Source: Candidatus Eiseniibacteriota bacterium
GTDB taxonomy: Bacteria; Eisenbacteria; RBG-16-71-46; CAZEPH01
Length of the DNA stretch: 58,800 nucleotides
NCBI GenBank assembly: GCA_044229145.1
Contig: JBGATO010000019.1
Span: 1-58,800 of the forward strand
Direction of reading: 5' to 3'
In this document: positions 1 to 9,141 of the stretch, one piece after another
Position numbering within the stretch: position 1 is the first letter of the stretch
Layout: each line of letters starts with the position of its first letter
Position numbers and translations under genes: made by a program
The notes under the pieces: generated by a model
Told to the model about the DNA's origin: nothing
The model's input: only the letters and a program-made list of their open reading frames with translations
The model's database searches: none

Positions 1-1
1 G

Positions 2-166
2 CCGGGCGGGTGGAAGACGGTCGTGTCGCCGGTGGTGATGACGTTCCTGTTGGTCCGCGTGTCGGGCGTCGCGCTGCTGGAACGCAAGCTCGCGGAGACG
101 CGGCCGGAGTTCGCGGAGTACGCGCGGCGGACGAGCGCGTTCGTGCCGTGGTGGCCGCGGAGCTGA
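2..166 (+). CDS. C-terminal fragment of DUF1295-family membrane protein (partial)
   Basis: Own translation: ...SPVVMTFLLVRVSGVALLERKLAETRPEFAEYARRTSAFVPWWPRS*, the typical DUF1295 end. Confidence 0.75.
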   Translation, partial: PGGWKTVVSPVVMTFLLVRVSGVALLERKLAETRPEFAEYARRTSAFVPWWPRS

Positions 167-267
167 ATTCACCTGTCGCTTCGGTTCACCTGGTTGCCGC
201 CCGTCACATCGCCCTCTACACTGCCGCGCATCCGAGCCACCATTCATCATTCCGAGGACGCTCCACC

Positions 268-1821
268 ATGGTCGACAAATTCCTCCCCGCCGTGCGCGCC
301 GCCTTCCCCGCGGAGGGCGCCGCCGTCACGCTTGGCGCGCCAGTGCTCGCGGGCGAGTGTGCGGCCGAGCCGCTGGTCCGCATTCCGCTCGCCATGATGA
401 ACCGGCACGGGCTCATCGCCGGCGCCACCGGCACCGGCAAGACGAAGACGCTGCAATTGATCGCCGAGCAGCTGAGTAGCGCCGGCGTGCCCGTCTTCCT
501 CGCCGACGTGAAGGGCGATCTCTCGGGCATCGGCGCCGCGGGCGAGGCCAACGACCGCGTCACGCAGCGCGCCGCCGCCACCGGCTACGCGTGGCATCCG
601 GCCGGCTTCCCCGTCGAATATCTCAGCCTCGCCGGCACGCGCGGCGCGCAGGTGCGGGCGACGCTGACCTCGTTCGGCCCGGTGTTGTTGGCGAAGGTGC
701 TCGGCCTCAACGAGACGCAGACGTCGGTGCTGACGATGGTCTTCAAGTACTGCGACGACCGCCAGCTCGAGCTCCTCGACTTCGCCGATCTGCGCGCGGT
801 GCTGCAGCACTTGGCGGGCGACGGTGCCGACGACCTCGCCGCGTACGGCGCGATCTCGAAGGCGACGATCGGCGTGCTGCTGCGCGAGATGGTCGAACTG
901 CAATCGCAGGGCGCCGAGGAGTTCTTCGGCGAACCCGAACTCGACCTCGACGACTTGCTCTGCGTCGAGCGCGACGGCCGCGGCTTGGTGTCGGTGCTCG
1001 AACTCGGCGACATGCAAGACAAGCCGATGCTCACGTCGACGTTCATGATGTGGATGCTCGCGCGACTCTACAACCAGCTGCCGGAAGTCGGAGATGTCGA
1101 CAAGCCGAAACTCGTGTTCTTCTTCGACGAAGCGCACTTGCTGTTCGACGGCGCCAGCAAGGCGTTCTTGCAGCAGGTCGAGCAGACGGTGCGGTTGATT
1201 CGCTCGAAGGGCGTCGGTGTGTTCTTCATCACGCAGTCGCCGAAGGACATTCCGGCGGACATCCTCGGGCAGCTCGGACACAAGGTGCAGCACGCGTTGC
1301 GCGCGTTCACGCCGGACGACGCGGCGGCGCTCAAGGCAGCAGCGCGCACGTTTCCGAAGACGGAGTTCTACGACATCGAGGAGACGTTGCAGCAACTCGG
1401 CATCGGCGAGGCGCTCGTCACCGTGTTGAGCGCGAACGGCGTGCCGACGCCACCGGTGGCGACGCGTCTCGTCCCGCCGTCATCGCGCATGGCGCCGCTC
1501 ACCGAAGACGAATTGCGGCAGCGTCTCGCCTCGAGCGCGCAGGTGAAGCGTTACGCCGAGGACGTGAACCGTGTCTCGGCGGAGGAGAAGTTGCAGCAGG
1601 CGGCGGATGCCGCCGCGCCGCCCGACGCGGAGGCGGCGCCGGACGACTCCAATGTCCCGCACCGTGGCCGCGCCGCGAAGGAACCGCCATCGCAGCTCGA
1701 GTCGATCCTCAAGTCGCCGACGACACGCGCGGTGGCCGCGACGGTCGCGGGTGTGGTTGCGCGCGGGTTGATGGGCGCGCTGCTCGGCCCGCCGCGCCGC
1801 CGGACGACGCGCCGCCGTTAG
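268..1821 (+). CDS. HerA-like/DUF853 (YjgR-family) P-loop ATPase
   Basis: Walker A GATGTGKT, 'KPKLVFFFDEAHLLF', 'RLIRSKGVGVFFITQ', 'QHALRAFTP'; GAGGA upstream of ATG 268. Confidence 0.9.
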   Translation: MVDKFLPAVRAAFPAEGAAVTLGAPVLAGECAAEPLVRIPLAMMNRHGLIAGATGTGKTKTLQLIAEQLSSAGVPVFLADVKGDLSGIGAAGEANDRVTQRAAATGYAWHPAGFPVEYLSLAGTRGAQVRATLTSFGPVLLAKVLGLNETQTSVLTMVFKYCDDRQLELLDFADLRAVLQHLAGDGADDLAAYGAISKATIGVLLREMVELQSQGAEEFFGEPELDLDDLLCVERDGRGLVSVLELGDMQDKPMLTSTFMMWMLARLYNQLPEVGDVDKPKLVFFFDEAHLLFDGASKAFLQQVEQTVRLIRSKGVGVFFITQSPKDIPADILGQLGHKVQHALRAFTPDDAAALKAAARTFPKTEFYDIEETLQQLGIGEALVTVLSANGVPTPPVATRLVPPSSRMAPLTEDELRQRLASSAQVKRYAEDVNRVSAEEKLQQAADAAAPPDAEAAPDDSNVPHRGRAAKEPPSQLESILKSPTTRAVAATVAGVVARGLMGALLGPPRRRTTRRR

Positions 1822-2462
1822 CGGTACGTCGCCTTGATCGCGCCCCACGTGCTGGGGAGCGCCGGACTCCCGCTGTCACACACGAAGCGGGCATGGGCGA
1901 CGGTGTCGGAGCAGATCGCCGGCCCCGGCGGGAAGCGGTACGACGGCGCGAGCGTCACGTAGATGTCGTGTGCCGTTTGGCAGATGCCGGCCGAACAGTC
2001 GCCGGTTGCCATCGCCCACCCCAACACGTAGCTGTGGTGCGCGTGTAGAAGTTGTGCGCCGGCCTCGGAGATGCGCGCGTGCACGAAGTACGTCGTCCCG
2101 AAGCACTGCGGCGACGGCGTGAGGCACACCGGCGCGTCGACGATGACGGAATCGACATACGCGGGATCGAACGACGGCCAGGCCAGCGACGCACCGATCT
2201 TGGTGAAGAGCAGATACGAGTCCGTGCAGTACGACCCGTTCACCTCGAATTGAATCCAGCCGGGCACCGGTGCGAGCATGCCGGTGTCGACAATCAGGTC
2301 CAGCATCCCCTGCGTTTCGCCGACCGGCAGTTCCGTCCGCCACGTCGCCGGATTGCCGTCATTGTCGAAGTCGAGGTGCGGACAGAGTTGCGCGCGTGCC
2401 GTCGTGCTTGCGATGCCGAGCAACGCACACACCAACACGAGCCACCGAACGCGTGGGCGCAT
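1818..2462 (-). CDS. Secreted Cys-rich hypothetical protein with C-terminal TWGxIKxxYR motif
   Basis: Signal peptide MRPRVRWLVLVCALLGIASTTARA; AGGAGG RBS; ends PSTWGAIKATYR. Confidence 0.75.
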   Translation of the reverse strand: MRPRVRWLVLVCALLGIASTTARAQLCPHLDFDNDGNPATWRTELPVGETQGMLDLIVDTGMLAPVPGWIQFEVNGSYCTDSYLLFTKIGASLAWPSFDPAYVDSVIVDAPVCLTPSPQCFGTTYFVHARISEAGAQLLHAHHSYVLGWAMATGDCSAGICQTAHDIYVTLAPSYRFPPGPAICSDTVAHARFVCDSGSPALPSTWGAIKATYR

Positions 2463-2731
2463 CGTGGCCTCCTGAGCAGACGGCCGCCGAGCGCGGAGTG
2501 TCACGGCGCGTTTCGCACGGACGGTGACTCCGCCGCGGCCGTGCATCGAGCGTGATGCCGTGCCGCACGCAGTCAAGTCCTGCCGAGGGAGAACACGCGA
2601 GAGGTGAGCGGGCGCGTCGCCTCAGGGGGCACGGAGGTGTGGCGGAACGTAGTTGAAAATCGGCCACCCCGTGGACGATCTGCAAAAGCGTCGCGTAACG
2701 CGCTTTCCCCAATAGCGTTACGGTATGTCCG

Positions 2732-3232
2732 CTACGCCACCGCCACGTAGATTTCGACCTCGCGCGGGGCGTCGGTGCGGTGGACTTCGAGGTCGGCGGT
2801 AAACGTCCGCGACGGCGCATCGGGCGCCGCGAAGAACGCAGCCGCCGCACGCCAGCCGGCCGCCGCGGCCGCCATTGGCTCCCCGTAGGACGTCGCGACG
2901 TAGTAGGAGCCCGGCGGCAGCGTCGCCTTCATCAAGCCGCCCGGCGCCACGGCACGCTCGTCCACCGCGCAGCCGAGGATGAACGAGTACTCGCCGTCCG
3001 GCGCGTAGCAGGTGCGGACGGCGTAGAGCACGGTGGCATCCACGACGAGCGGGATGCGCGCGGCGATCGCCTCGTCGCGGAAGCGCTGCCACAGCGCGGG
3101 CGCGAGCGCCGTCGCGGCATCCGCCTCACGCGTCTCGCGGGTGCGCACTTCGAGGCCGATCACGTGCATGACCGGCCGCCACGTCGGTTCGAACTCGATC
3201 GCCACGCGCCTCTCCCCTACTTCAGTTTCCAA
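2732..3232 (-). CDS. GyrI-like small-molecule/effector-binding protein (start uncertain)
   Basis: 'VIGLEVRT', 'LWQRF', 'YSFILGC', 'LPPGSY', 'EVEIYVAV'. Confidence 0.75.
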   Translation of the reverse strand: METEVGERRVAIEFEPTWRPVMHVIGLEVRTRETREADAATALAPALWQRFRDEAIAARIPLVVDATVLYAVRTCYAPDGEYSFILGCAVDERAVAPGGLMKATLPPGSYYVATSYGEPMAAAAAGWRAAAAFFAAPDAPSRTFTADLEVHRTDAPREVEIYVAVA

Positions 3233-4224
3233 CTCAAGCCGAGCGACATCGTCTGTTTGATCTGCACCGCCTTGCGGATGCCGCCCTCGATGGCCACCGC
3301 GCGCGCCGGAAGCGACTGCGCCGGATCCACGTTCGTCGCGCTGTCGAACTTGTCGTAGACCGCCTGCGCGAACAGGTCGACGCTGAGCGCCTTGGTGATC
3401 TGCGCGGTGAACGTGTTCTGGAAGTTGATGTCCGGCGTCCTCCAGTAGCCACCGACCGCGACGTGCATCCCGTCAGCGGCGAGCGCTTCCGCGTCGAAAT
3501 CTTCGAGCGCCTTCGACTTGCTGAAGAACACCGGCAGGAAGGCGACGAGCCGGCCCTTGTACGCGACGCGCCCGGCGAGCAGCGGACGCGTAGCGGTGGT
3601 GAGCCATTCGACTCCGCCATCGTTGGTGGTGAAGTGCACGACGTCATTCGACGCGAACGTCCGCGCGATCGACTGGCGGAAGCCGAAGCCGACGCGCGTG
3701 ATCGTCTCGATCTTGTCGGTCTTCTCGAGGACGCGGGCGACGCCGGCGGTCTCGGTCAACTTGACCGGCGTGAAGTGCAGCACGCCGGCATCGTGGCTGC
3801 GATCCTCGAATTGCGATTCGAGGCGCCCCGCGAGGAAGGGATCGACGAAACCGTTTGCGCTCCAGCGCGCGGTGGTCTCGAACAGCACGAGGTCGGTCGA
3901 CTTCTCCGGCACGTCCCACACGCGCCTGGCGGCGGCGTCGGGATCGGACTTCTGCTTCGACGTCTGGCCGTACGCGAGCTGCAGTGTATTCGTCAGGTTG
4001 AACGCCGTGGTGAATTGGCGTTCGAGGCGCGAGTTGGAGTTGACGACCCAGGCGAACTGGCCTTTGTCGCCACCCGCCCAGTTGTTGCTGTACGCGCTCT
4101 CGGACAGGTTGACGCCGGCGGTGGAGCTGAAGATCCAGCCGCCCGGCGCGGGAGCCTCGGCGGCGAGTGCGGCGAGCGGCACGCTGGCCGCGAGCAGGGA
4201 CACGACGAATGCGGCGATGCGCAT
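3217..4224 (-). CDS. Outer-membrane beta-barrel protein, DUF3078-like
   Basis: Signal peptide; 'NLSESAYSNNWAGG', 'LQLAYGQ', C-terminal 'QIKQTMSLGLSW'. Confidence 0.7.
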   Translation of the reverse strand: MRIAAFVVSLLAASVPLAALAAEAPAPGGWIFSSTAGVNLSESAYSNNWAGGDKGQFAWVVNSNSRLERQFTTAFNLTNTLQLAYGQTSKQKSDPDAAARRVWDVPEKSTDLVLFETTARWSANGFVDPFLAGRLESQFEDRSHDAGVLHFTPVKLTETAGVARVLEKTDKIETITRVGFGFRQSIARTFASNDVVHFTTNDGGVEWLTTATRPLLAGRVAYKGRLVAFLPVFFSKSKALEDFDAEALAADGMHVAVGGYWRTPDINFQNTFTAQITKALSVDLFAQAVYDKFDSATNVDPAQSLPARAVAIEGGIRKAVQIKQTMSLGLSWKLK

Positions 4225-4288
4225 GGGACGAACCCTCCGTGCTGTGTGACGTGAGCGCACGCACGGTAGGCCGCGATCTGGTCGCGCG

Positions 4289-4696
4289 TCAACCGACCGT
4301 GGTGGTCTCGCGGGCGATCTCGACGATGAGTTCGCGCAACAAGGCTTGGAAGCGCGGGTGTTCGCCGAGCGGTTGCATCAGCTCGATGTGCACGCCGGGC
4401 AGGCGCTCACGCACCGCCTGGATCTGCTCGGGAATGTCGGTGGCGACGTGCGCGCCGGCCGCGAGGAACACCGGCAGCACGGCGAACTCGCTGGCGCCGT
4501 CGGCGTGCAGACGCGTCGCCGCGTCCATCAGCGTCGGTTCCGCGAATTCCATGTAGGCGAGCGCGGTGCGCCCCGGACGCGAGGGCACATCGCCGAGTCG
4601 CTGCGCGACATCGGCCGCGAGCAACTCGAACGGCGCGCGCCAGCGCGGGTCCTTGCTGCCGTGGACGAGCAGGATGAGGCAGCGCGTCTCGCTCAC
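4289..4696 (-). CDS. CbiX/SirB-family short sirohydrochlorin chelatase
   Basis: 'LVHGSKDPRW', 'AYMEFAEPTL', 'PVFLAAGAHVATDIP', 'PLGEHP'; GTGA overlap with the upstream gene. Confidence 0.85.
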   Translation of the reverse strand: MSETRCLILLVHGSKDPRWRAPFELLAADVAQRLGDVPSRPGRTALAYMEFAEPTLMDAATRLHADGASEFAVLPVFLAAGAHVATDIPEQIQAVRERLPGVHIELMQPLGEHPRFQALLRELIVEIARETTTVG

Positions 4697-5217
4697 TGGC
4701 GCTCTCCCATCCAGCGCGCCACGACATCCTCGTGCGCGCGCGCGTAGTCGGCGGCCGCGAGCGTGCGTGGGTCGTGCCACGCGAGCGCGTCGTACCACGA
4801 CGGCGTCTGCACGCGCGTGTCCGGCGCGACTTCGGCGTCGACGAAGAACCACAAGTCGTAGTGCGGCAGATCCGCGGTGAGCGGATACGTCTCGCTGTGG
4901 ACGCGCGGCGCCGAGTAGTGGAGGCCTGGCAACTGGAGAATCGCCTCGCCGATGTGGTGCGCTGCGTCGCGCGGATCCTGACCGAATTGGAGATGCACCG
5001 ACGGCACCGTCCAGCCGCGCGAGTGTCGCGCGAGCCGCGATTCGTCGAGACCGGCGAGCGTCTCCCACGCGGGATCGTCACGATAGCGGCCGAGCAGGAT
5101 CTCGTCGCCGCGCCGCACGAACAGGAACGCGCAGAGACACATGCCGCCCTCCGGCACCTCGCGGAAGCCACGCGGCGGCGCTTGGCGGTTCAGCCACAGA
5201 AACGGACCGTTCGACAT
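4693..5217 (-). CDS. Nudix-fold protein with degenerate Nudix box
   Basis: 'FLFVRRGDEILL...WTVPSVHLQFGQDPRDAA' spacing and 'LAWHDP' resemble Nudix proteins. Confidence 0.6.
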   Translation of the reverse strand: MSNGPFLWLNRQAPPRGFREVPEGGMCLCAFLFVRRGDEILLGRYRDDPAWETLAGLDESRLARHSRGWTVPSVHLQFGQDPRDAAHHIGEAILQLPGLHYSAPRVHSETYPLTADLPHYDLWFFVDAEVAPDTRVQTPSWYDALAWHDPRTLAAADYARAHEDVVARWMGERQ

Positions 5218-5228
5218 CTCGCTCTCCC

Positions 5229-5816
5229 CTACTTCTGCACCGTGACGTTCTTGGCGAGCGTCTTGAAGCGCTCGCCGTCGGGCTGCACGACGGTGATCGT
5301 CACGGCGCCGGTCTTACTCGTGTTGATGTCGCGCACCGTGCCGCGCTTGCCCTTGTGCGTGCCGGCGATGACGACGCACGACGCGCCGTCGGCGAGCGCG
5401 CCGGATGCGGCGGACTTCTTCTTCGCCGCGGGCGCCTGCGGCCCCGGCGCCGCGACGGACGTCACGCCGAGCGCGGCTTGCGTCTTCTTCGGGAGCGAGA
5501 GCGCGACGAGCCTGTGCGATTCGGCGATCATCGCGCGCAGCGTCGCCGCGGGAAGTGCGCGTCGCTGCATGACGCTGATCCACGAGAATCGCGCGGCGTA
5601 CGGCGCCGGCACGATGCCCTCGCGCGCCACGAGCGACTGGAACGCCATCGGATCGACCTTGAAGCTGCACGACTCGCCGCCGTCGAGCGGGAACACGGCG
5701 TACATCTTGCCGCCCACCGAGAAGACGATGTCGTTGCCCCATTTGATGTCCTCTGTCGTGCCCGGCAGAGAACGGCAGAACGCGTGGAGGGGATCGGTGG
5801 AACGAGCAGCGGACAT
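5229..5816 (-). CDS. MmcQ/YjbR-family protein fused to C-terminal KOW-motif domain
   Basis: 'EDIKWGNDIVFSVGGKMYA', 'PAPYAARFSWI'; then 'VVIAGTHKGKRGTV'. Confidence 0.85.
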   Translation of the reverse strand: MSAARSTDPLHAFCRSLPGTTEDIKWGNDIVFSVGGKMYAVFPLDGGESCSFKVDPMAFQSLVAREGIVPAPYAARFSWISVMQRRALPAATLRAMIAESHRLVALSLPKKTQAALGVTSVAAPGPQAPAAKKKSAASGALADGASCVVIAGTHKGKRGTVRDINTSKTGAVTITVVQPDGERFKTLAKNVTVQK

Positions 5817-5831
5817 TCGTCGTCTCTCCTC

Positions 5832-6764
5832 TTAGTGCGCGTCGTCGTCCCAGGCGACCGCGCTGATCCGCCAGCCTTCCGGCATGCGGACGAATTGGAA
5901 GGTCTTGATGCCGGTGGTGTCGAAGCGCGCGCCGTCGAGCACGCCGGTCTTGCGATACGTCGACATCCGTTGCGCCACATTGCCGGCGAGGATCGTGTGT
6001 CCGGCGAGTTCGCGCTCCTCGAAGTCGACGAGCGTGCCGCCGGCGAGCAACGCCTCGCGCGGTTCGACGAACGCGCGGACGCTGTACGTTTCGGGCTTCT
6101 CGCCCATCGCCTTGACGATGACCGCACCGTCGATCAGGAGCTCGTACACGCGACGCACATCGGCGGCGGCACGGCCGACGTTGGTGAACGCGGCGAAGAA
6201 CTCGTGGACGAGCGAGTCGATGGCGTCGCGGTCGGCCTGCTGCGCCGCGTCCACGCGCACCGGCCGCGCGTACACCGGATCGACGTAGATCTGGCCGCCG
6301 AACTCGAAGTTCATGCCGCCGGCCAGCAGGAATCCGTGCTTCTCGTAGAACTGCACCGCGCGCACGTTGCGATCGTACACGCTGAGCCACAGCGTTTCGG
6401 CGCCGAGGCGATGCGCTTCCGTGTCGACCGCGCGCAGGAGTCGCGTGCCGATGCCACGGCCGATCGCACTCTGCGCAAGGTAGATGCGCGCGAGTTGGAT
6501 CGGCGACGGGCCGGTGACGCACTCAGGCGCCGCGGTGCGGCGCAGCATCGCGTAGCCGTGGATCGCCTCGCCGTCCACGACCAGCAGCACAGGCGCGCCC
6601 GGATCGCCGAGTTGCGCCGCGACTGCCGGCAGGTTGAAGTGCCGCGAGACGTAATCCTCGATCTCGTCCGCCTCGCTGATGTCACGATACGTGTCGCGGA
6701 ACGCGGTGGCCGCCATCGCGGCAAGCGCCGGCGCGTCGTCGCGCGTGGCGTGGCGAATGCGCAT
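5832..6764 (-). CDS. GNAT acetyltransferase (PaiA-like) fused to NTF2/DUF4440-like domain
   Basis: 'RIYL..IGRGIGTRLL', 'WLSVYDRNVRAVQFYEKHGF'; C-terminal 'GIKTFQFVRMPEGWRISAVAWDD'. Confidence 0.85.
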   Translation of the reverse strand: MRIRHATRDDAPALAAMAATAFRDTYRDISEADEIEDYVSRHFNLPAVAAQLGDPGAPVLLVVDGEAIHGYAMLRRTAAPECVTGPSPIQLARIYLAQSAIGRGIGTRLLRAVDTEAHRLGAETLWLSVYDRNVRAVQFYEKHGFLLAGGMNFEFGGQIYVDPVYARPVRVDAAQQADRDAIDSLVHEFFAAFTNVGRAAADVRRVYELLIDGAVIVKAMGEKPETYSVRAFVEPREALLAGGTLVDFEERELAGHTILAGNVAQRMSTYRKTGVLDGARFDTTGIKTFQFVRMPEGWRISAVAWDDDAH

Positions 6765-8092
6765 CAGCGCGCCGTGCGCGGCCACTGTGTCGCGAGCGCG
6801 TTCAGCACCGCCGCGCTCATCGCGCGTACGCCGGTCTTGATCGACGGGTCCGGCACCGGCGCGAACGCCGGCGAGTGATTGAACGCCAGCGGCTCGCCGC
6901 CCGCCTGCCGCGCCGCGGCGACGCGCTCCGGCGGATAGACGCCGAGGAAGAAGTACATCGACGGCACGCCCGCGTCGACGAACACGGAGAAGTCCTCGCT
7001 CGCGGTGATCGGCGGCAGGCGCGTGACGTGCTCGGCGCCGAGCGCCGCCTCGAGCGCCGGCTCGGTCACCGCGACGACGCGCTCGCTGTTCACCACGGCG
7101 TCCGCTGCTTTCGTCAATCTCACCTCGGGTGCCGGCGCGCCGGCCATCGCCGCGGCTGCTTCCGCCGTGCGCCGCACGCCGTCGAGCAACTTGGCGCGCA
7201 CCTCTGGCTTGTACGAGCGGATCGTGCCACGCAGCACCGCGGTGTCCGGGATGATGTTCCCGACGCTGCCCGCCTGCACCGCGCCGACCGTCACGACGCC
7301 GAACTCCATCGGATCCTTCTCGCGGCTCACCACCGACTGCACATCGACGATGAAGCGCGCGGCGATCAGAATCGGGTCGATCGTCTTGTCGGGCGCGGAG
7401 CCGTGGCCGCCGCGGCCTTTGAACGTGATGTCGAGCCACTCGGCGTTCGAGGTCACCGCGCCGGTGGTGTAGCCGATGGTGCCGTAGGCGAGCGGCCACG
7501 CGTGCAGCGCGAACGCGACGTCCGGCGTGCCGAAGCGCGTGAAGAGCCCGTCGTCGAGCATCGCCTGCGCGCCTTGCACGAGTTCCTCCGCCGGCTGGGC
7601 GACGAAGAGCACGGTGCCGTGCCACTGCGCCTTGAGCGCCGCGAGCGTGCGCGCGGTCCCGATCCAACACGCCATGTGCACGTCGTGCCCGCAACTGTGC
7701 GCAACGAATGTCTCGCCGTTCTTCGCGGTGGTCTTGGCGACGCTCGCGTACGGCAGACCCGACTTCTCCTGCATCGGCAAGCCATCGAGTTCGGTGCGGA
7801 TCATCACCGTCGGGCCGGCGCCGTTCCGCAACCGCGCGACGACGCCGGTGCCGCCGACCTTCTCCGTCACTTCGTAGCCGAGCGCGCGCATCTCCGCCGC
7901 CAATGCCGCCGCGGTGCGCGTCTCCGCGAAGCCGAGCTCGGGATGCGCGTGGAGGTCTTGGTAGAGCGTGGAGAGTTGCGGGTACATCGCGTCGATGAGG
8001 CGGGCGACGGCGGCGCCGTCCGTCGCGGCGGCCGCCGGACGCGCCATCGCCACTGCCGCCGCCACGACCGCCGTCCAGATGCGATGTCTCAT
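6764..8092 (-). CDS. M20D-family amidohydrolase with signal peptide
   Basis: 'HAHPELGFAE', 'HSCGHDVH', 'QPAEE', 'GRGGHGS', 'SEDF', 'NHSP'. Confidence 0.92.
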   Translation of the reverse strand: MRHRIWTAVVAAAVAMARPAAAATDGAAVARLIDAMYPQLSTLYQDLHAHPELGFAETRTAAALAAEMRALGYEVTEKVGGTGVVARLRNGAGPTVMIRTELDGLPMQEKSGLPYASVAKTTAKNGETFVAHSCGHDVHMACWIGTARTLAALKAQWHGTVLFVAQPAEELVQGAQAMLDDGLFTRFGTPDVAFALHAWPLAYGTIGYTTGAVTSNAEWLDITFKGRGGHGSAPDKTIDPILIAARFIVDVQSVVSREKDPMEFGVVTVGAVQAGSVGNIIPDTAVLRGTIRSYKPEVRAKLLDGVRRTAEAAAAMAGAPAPEVRLTKAADAVVNSERVVAVTEPALEAALGAEHVTRLPPITASEDFSVFVDAGVPSMYFFLGVYPPERVAAARQAGGEPLAFNHSPAFAPVPDPSIKTGVRAMSAAVLNALATQWPRTAR

Positions 8093-8104
8093 CGTCCGTC
8101 TCCC

Positions 8105-8512
8105 CTACTGCTTTTGCGCGACGTGCCGCGCGAAGTTGTCGAGGATAGCCTGCCAGCCCGCGCGTTGCTGCTCCTCCGAATGCGTCTCCTCCGCATCGAA
8201 GGTCTCGCGCACGGTGACGCCATCCGCGTCCGGCAAGAACTCGACGAGCAACTCGCGATCGCCCAACAGACAGGCGATCAGTGAGTGTTCGACGACGCGC
8301 GTGTACGTCCCGGCGAAGTCGAAGCCCATGCTGCCGTCCTTCGCCTCCATGCGCGAACTGAAGGTGCCGCCTTCACGCAGGTCGACGGACGCGGTCGTGG
8401 TGTGCCAGTCGTCCGATGCGGCGTTCCATTGGACGATGTCGGCGGGCGTCGTCCAGGCGCGCCAGACGAGGTCGATGGGTGCGGCGATGTGAGTTTCGAC
8501 GGTGATCTTCAC
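8105..8512 (-). CDS. SRPBCC/AHSA1-family protein
   Basis: 'VWRAWTTPADIVQWN', 'DLREGG', 'QRAGWQAILDNF'. Confidence 0.9.
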   Translation of the reverse strand: MKITVETHIAAPIDLVWRAWTTPADIVQWNAASDDWHTTTASVDLREGGTFSSRMEAKDGSMGFDFAGTYTRVVEHSLIACLLGDRELLVEFLPDADGVTVRETFDAEETHSEEQQRAGWQAILDNFARHVAQKQ

Positions 8513-8621
8513 GGACGTCTCCTGGGTTGATGGGTGCGGCGCATCATACGCAGCGCGCCGGTGTGCGACCAAGGTGCCAATGCCACGGCGACCATGCGTC
8601 CGGGTTGCGGCGGGGCGTTCA

Positions 8622-8633
8622 GTGCATATACCC
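8622..8633. promoter_or_regulatory. Putative MarR operator upstream of marR
   Basis: GTGCATATACCC, an imperfect palindrome; similar site at 9106-9117. Confidence 0.4.
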
Positions 8634-8640
8634 TGTTCGC

Positions 8641-9096
8641 ATGAGCCTAGAGACTTCGCGCGAGGTGGTGGAGCAGCGGCTCGCCACCTGCGCCCTCAAC
8701 AATCTCCGCAAGGCGATGCGCGCCACGACCCAGCTGTACGACGAGGCGCTGGCGCCCAGCGGCCTGCGCGCCACGCAGTTCAGCGTCCTCGCCGCCATCC
8801 GGCTGCGCGATGGGGTGTCGATGTCGCACCTCGCGCACATGCTGGTGACCGATCGCACGACGCTCACCCGCAACCTCCGTCCGCTCGAGCGCGAAGGACT
8901 GATCCGCGTCGCGCCGGGCCGCGATGCCCGCACGCGGCTGGTGACGCTCACCGACCTCGGCCGCGCCGCCCTCGAGGACGCCGCGCCGATGCGCGAGGAG
9001 GCGCAGGCTCGCGTGGAAGCTGCGTTGGGCGGGGAGCGGTACGCGGCGCTTCTGGATACGTTGCAAGAGGTTGTGTCGGTCGCCCAGAAGCGGTAG
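8641..9096 (+). CDS. MarR-family transcriptional regulator
   Basis: 'YDEALAPSGLRATQFSVL', 'DRTTLTRNLRPLEREGLI', 'DARTRLVTLT'. Confidence 0.93.
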   Translation: MSLETSREVVEQRLATCALNNLRKAMRATTQLYDEALAPSGLRATQFSVLAAIRLRDGVSMSHLAHMLVTDRTTLTRNLRPLEREGLIRVAPGRDARTRLVTLTDLGRAALEDAAPMREEAQARVEAALGGERYAALLDTLQEVVSVAQKR

Positions 9097-9105
9097 GCTG
9101 TCACG

Positions 9106-9124
9106 GTGCATCTACACGTATAAC
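9106..9124 (+). promoter_or_regulatory. Putative MarR operator next to -10-like TATAAC
   Basis: GTGCATCTACAC (9106-9117) followed by TATAAC (9119-9124) before the membrane gene. Confidence 0.4.
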
Positions 9125-9141
9125 TCTCGCGAGGTCATGCC

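Noticed and set aside
2694..2722. 8-bp inverted repeat CGTAACGC...GCGTTACG in the intergenic region
   Set aside because: 13-nt loop and no adjacent U-tract; too weak to call a terminator or ncRNA
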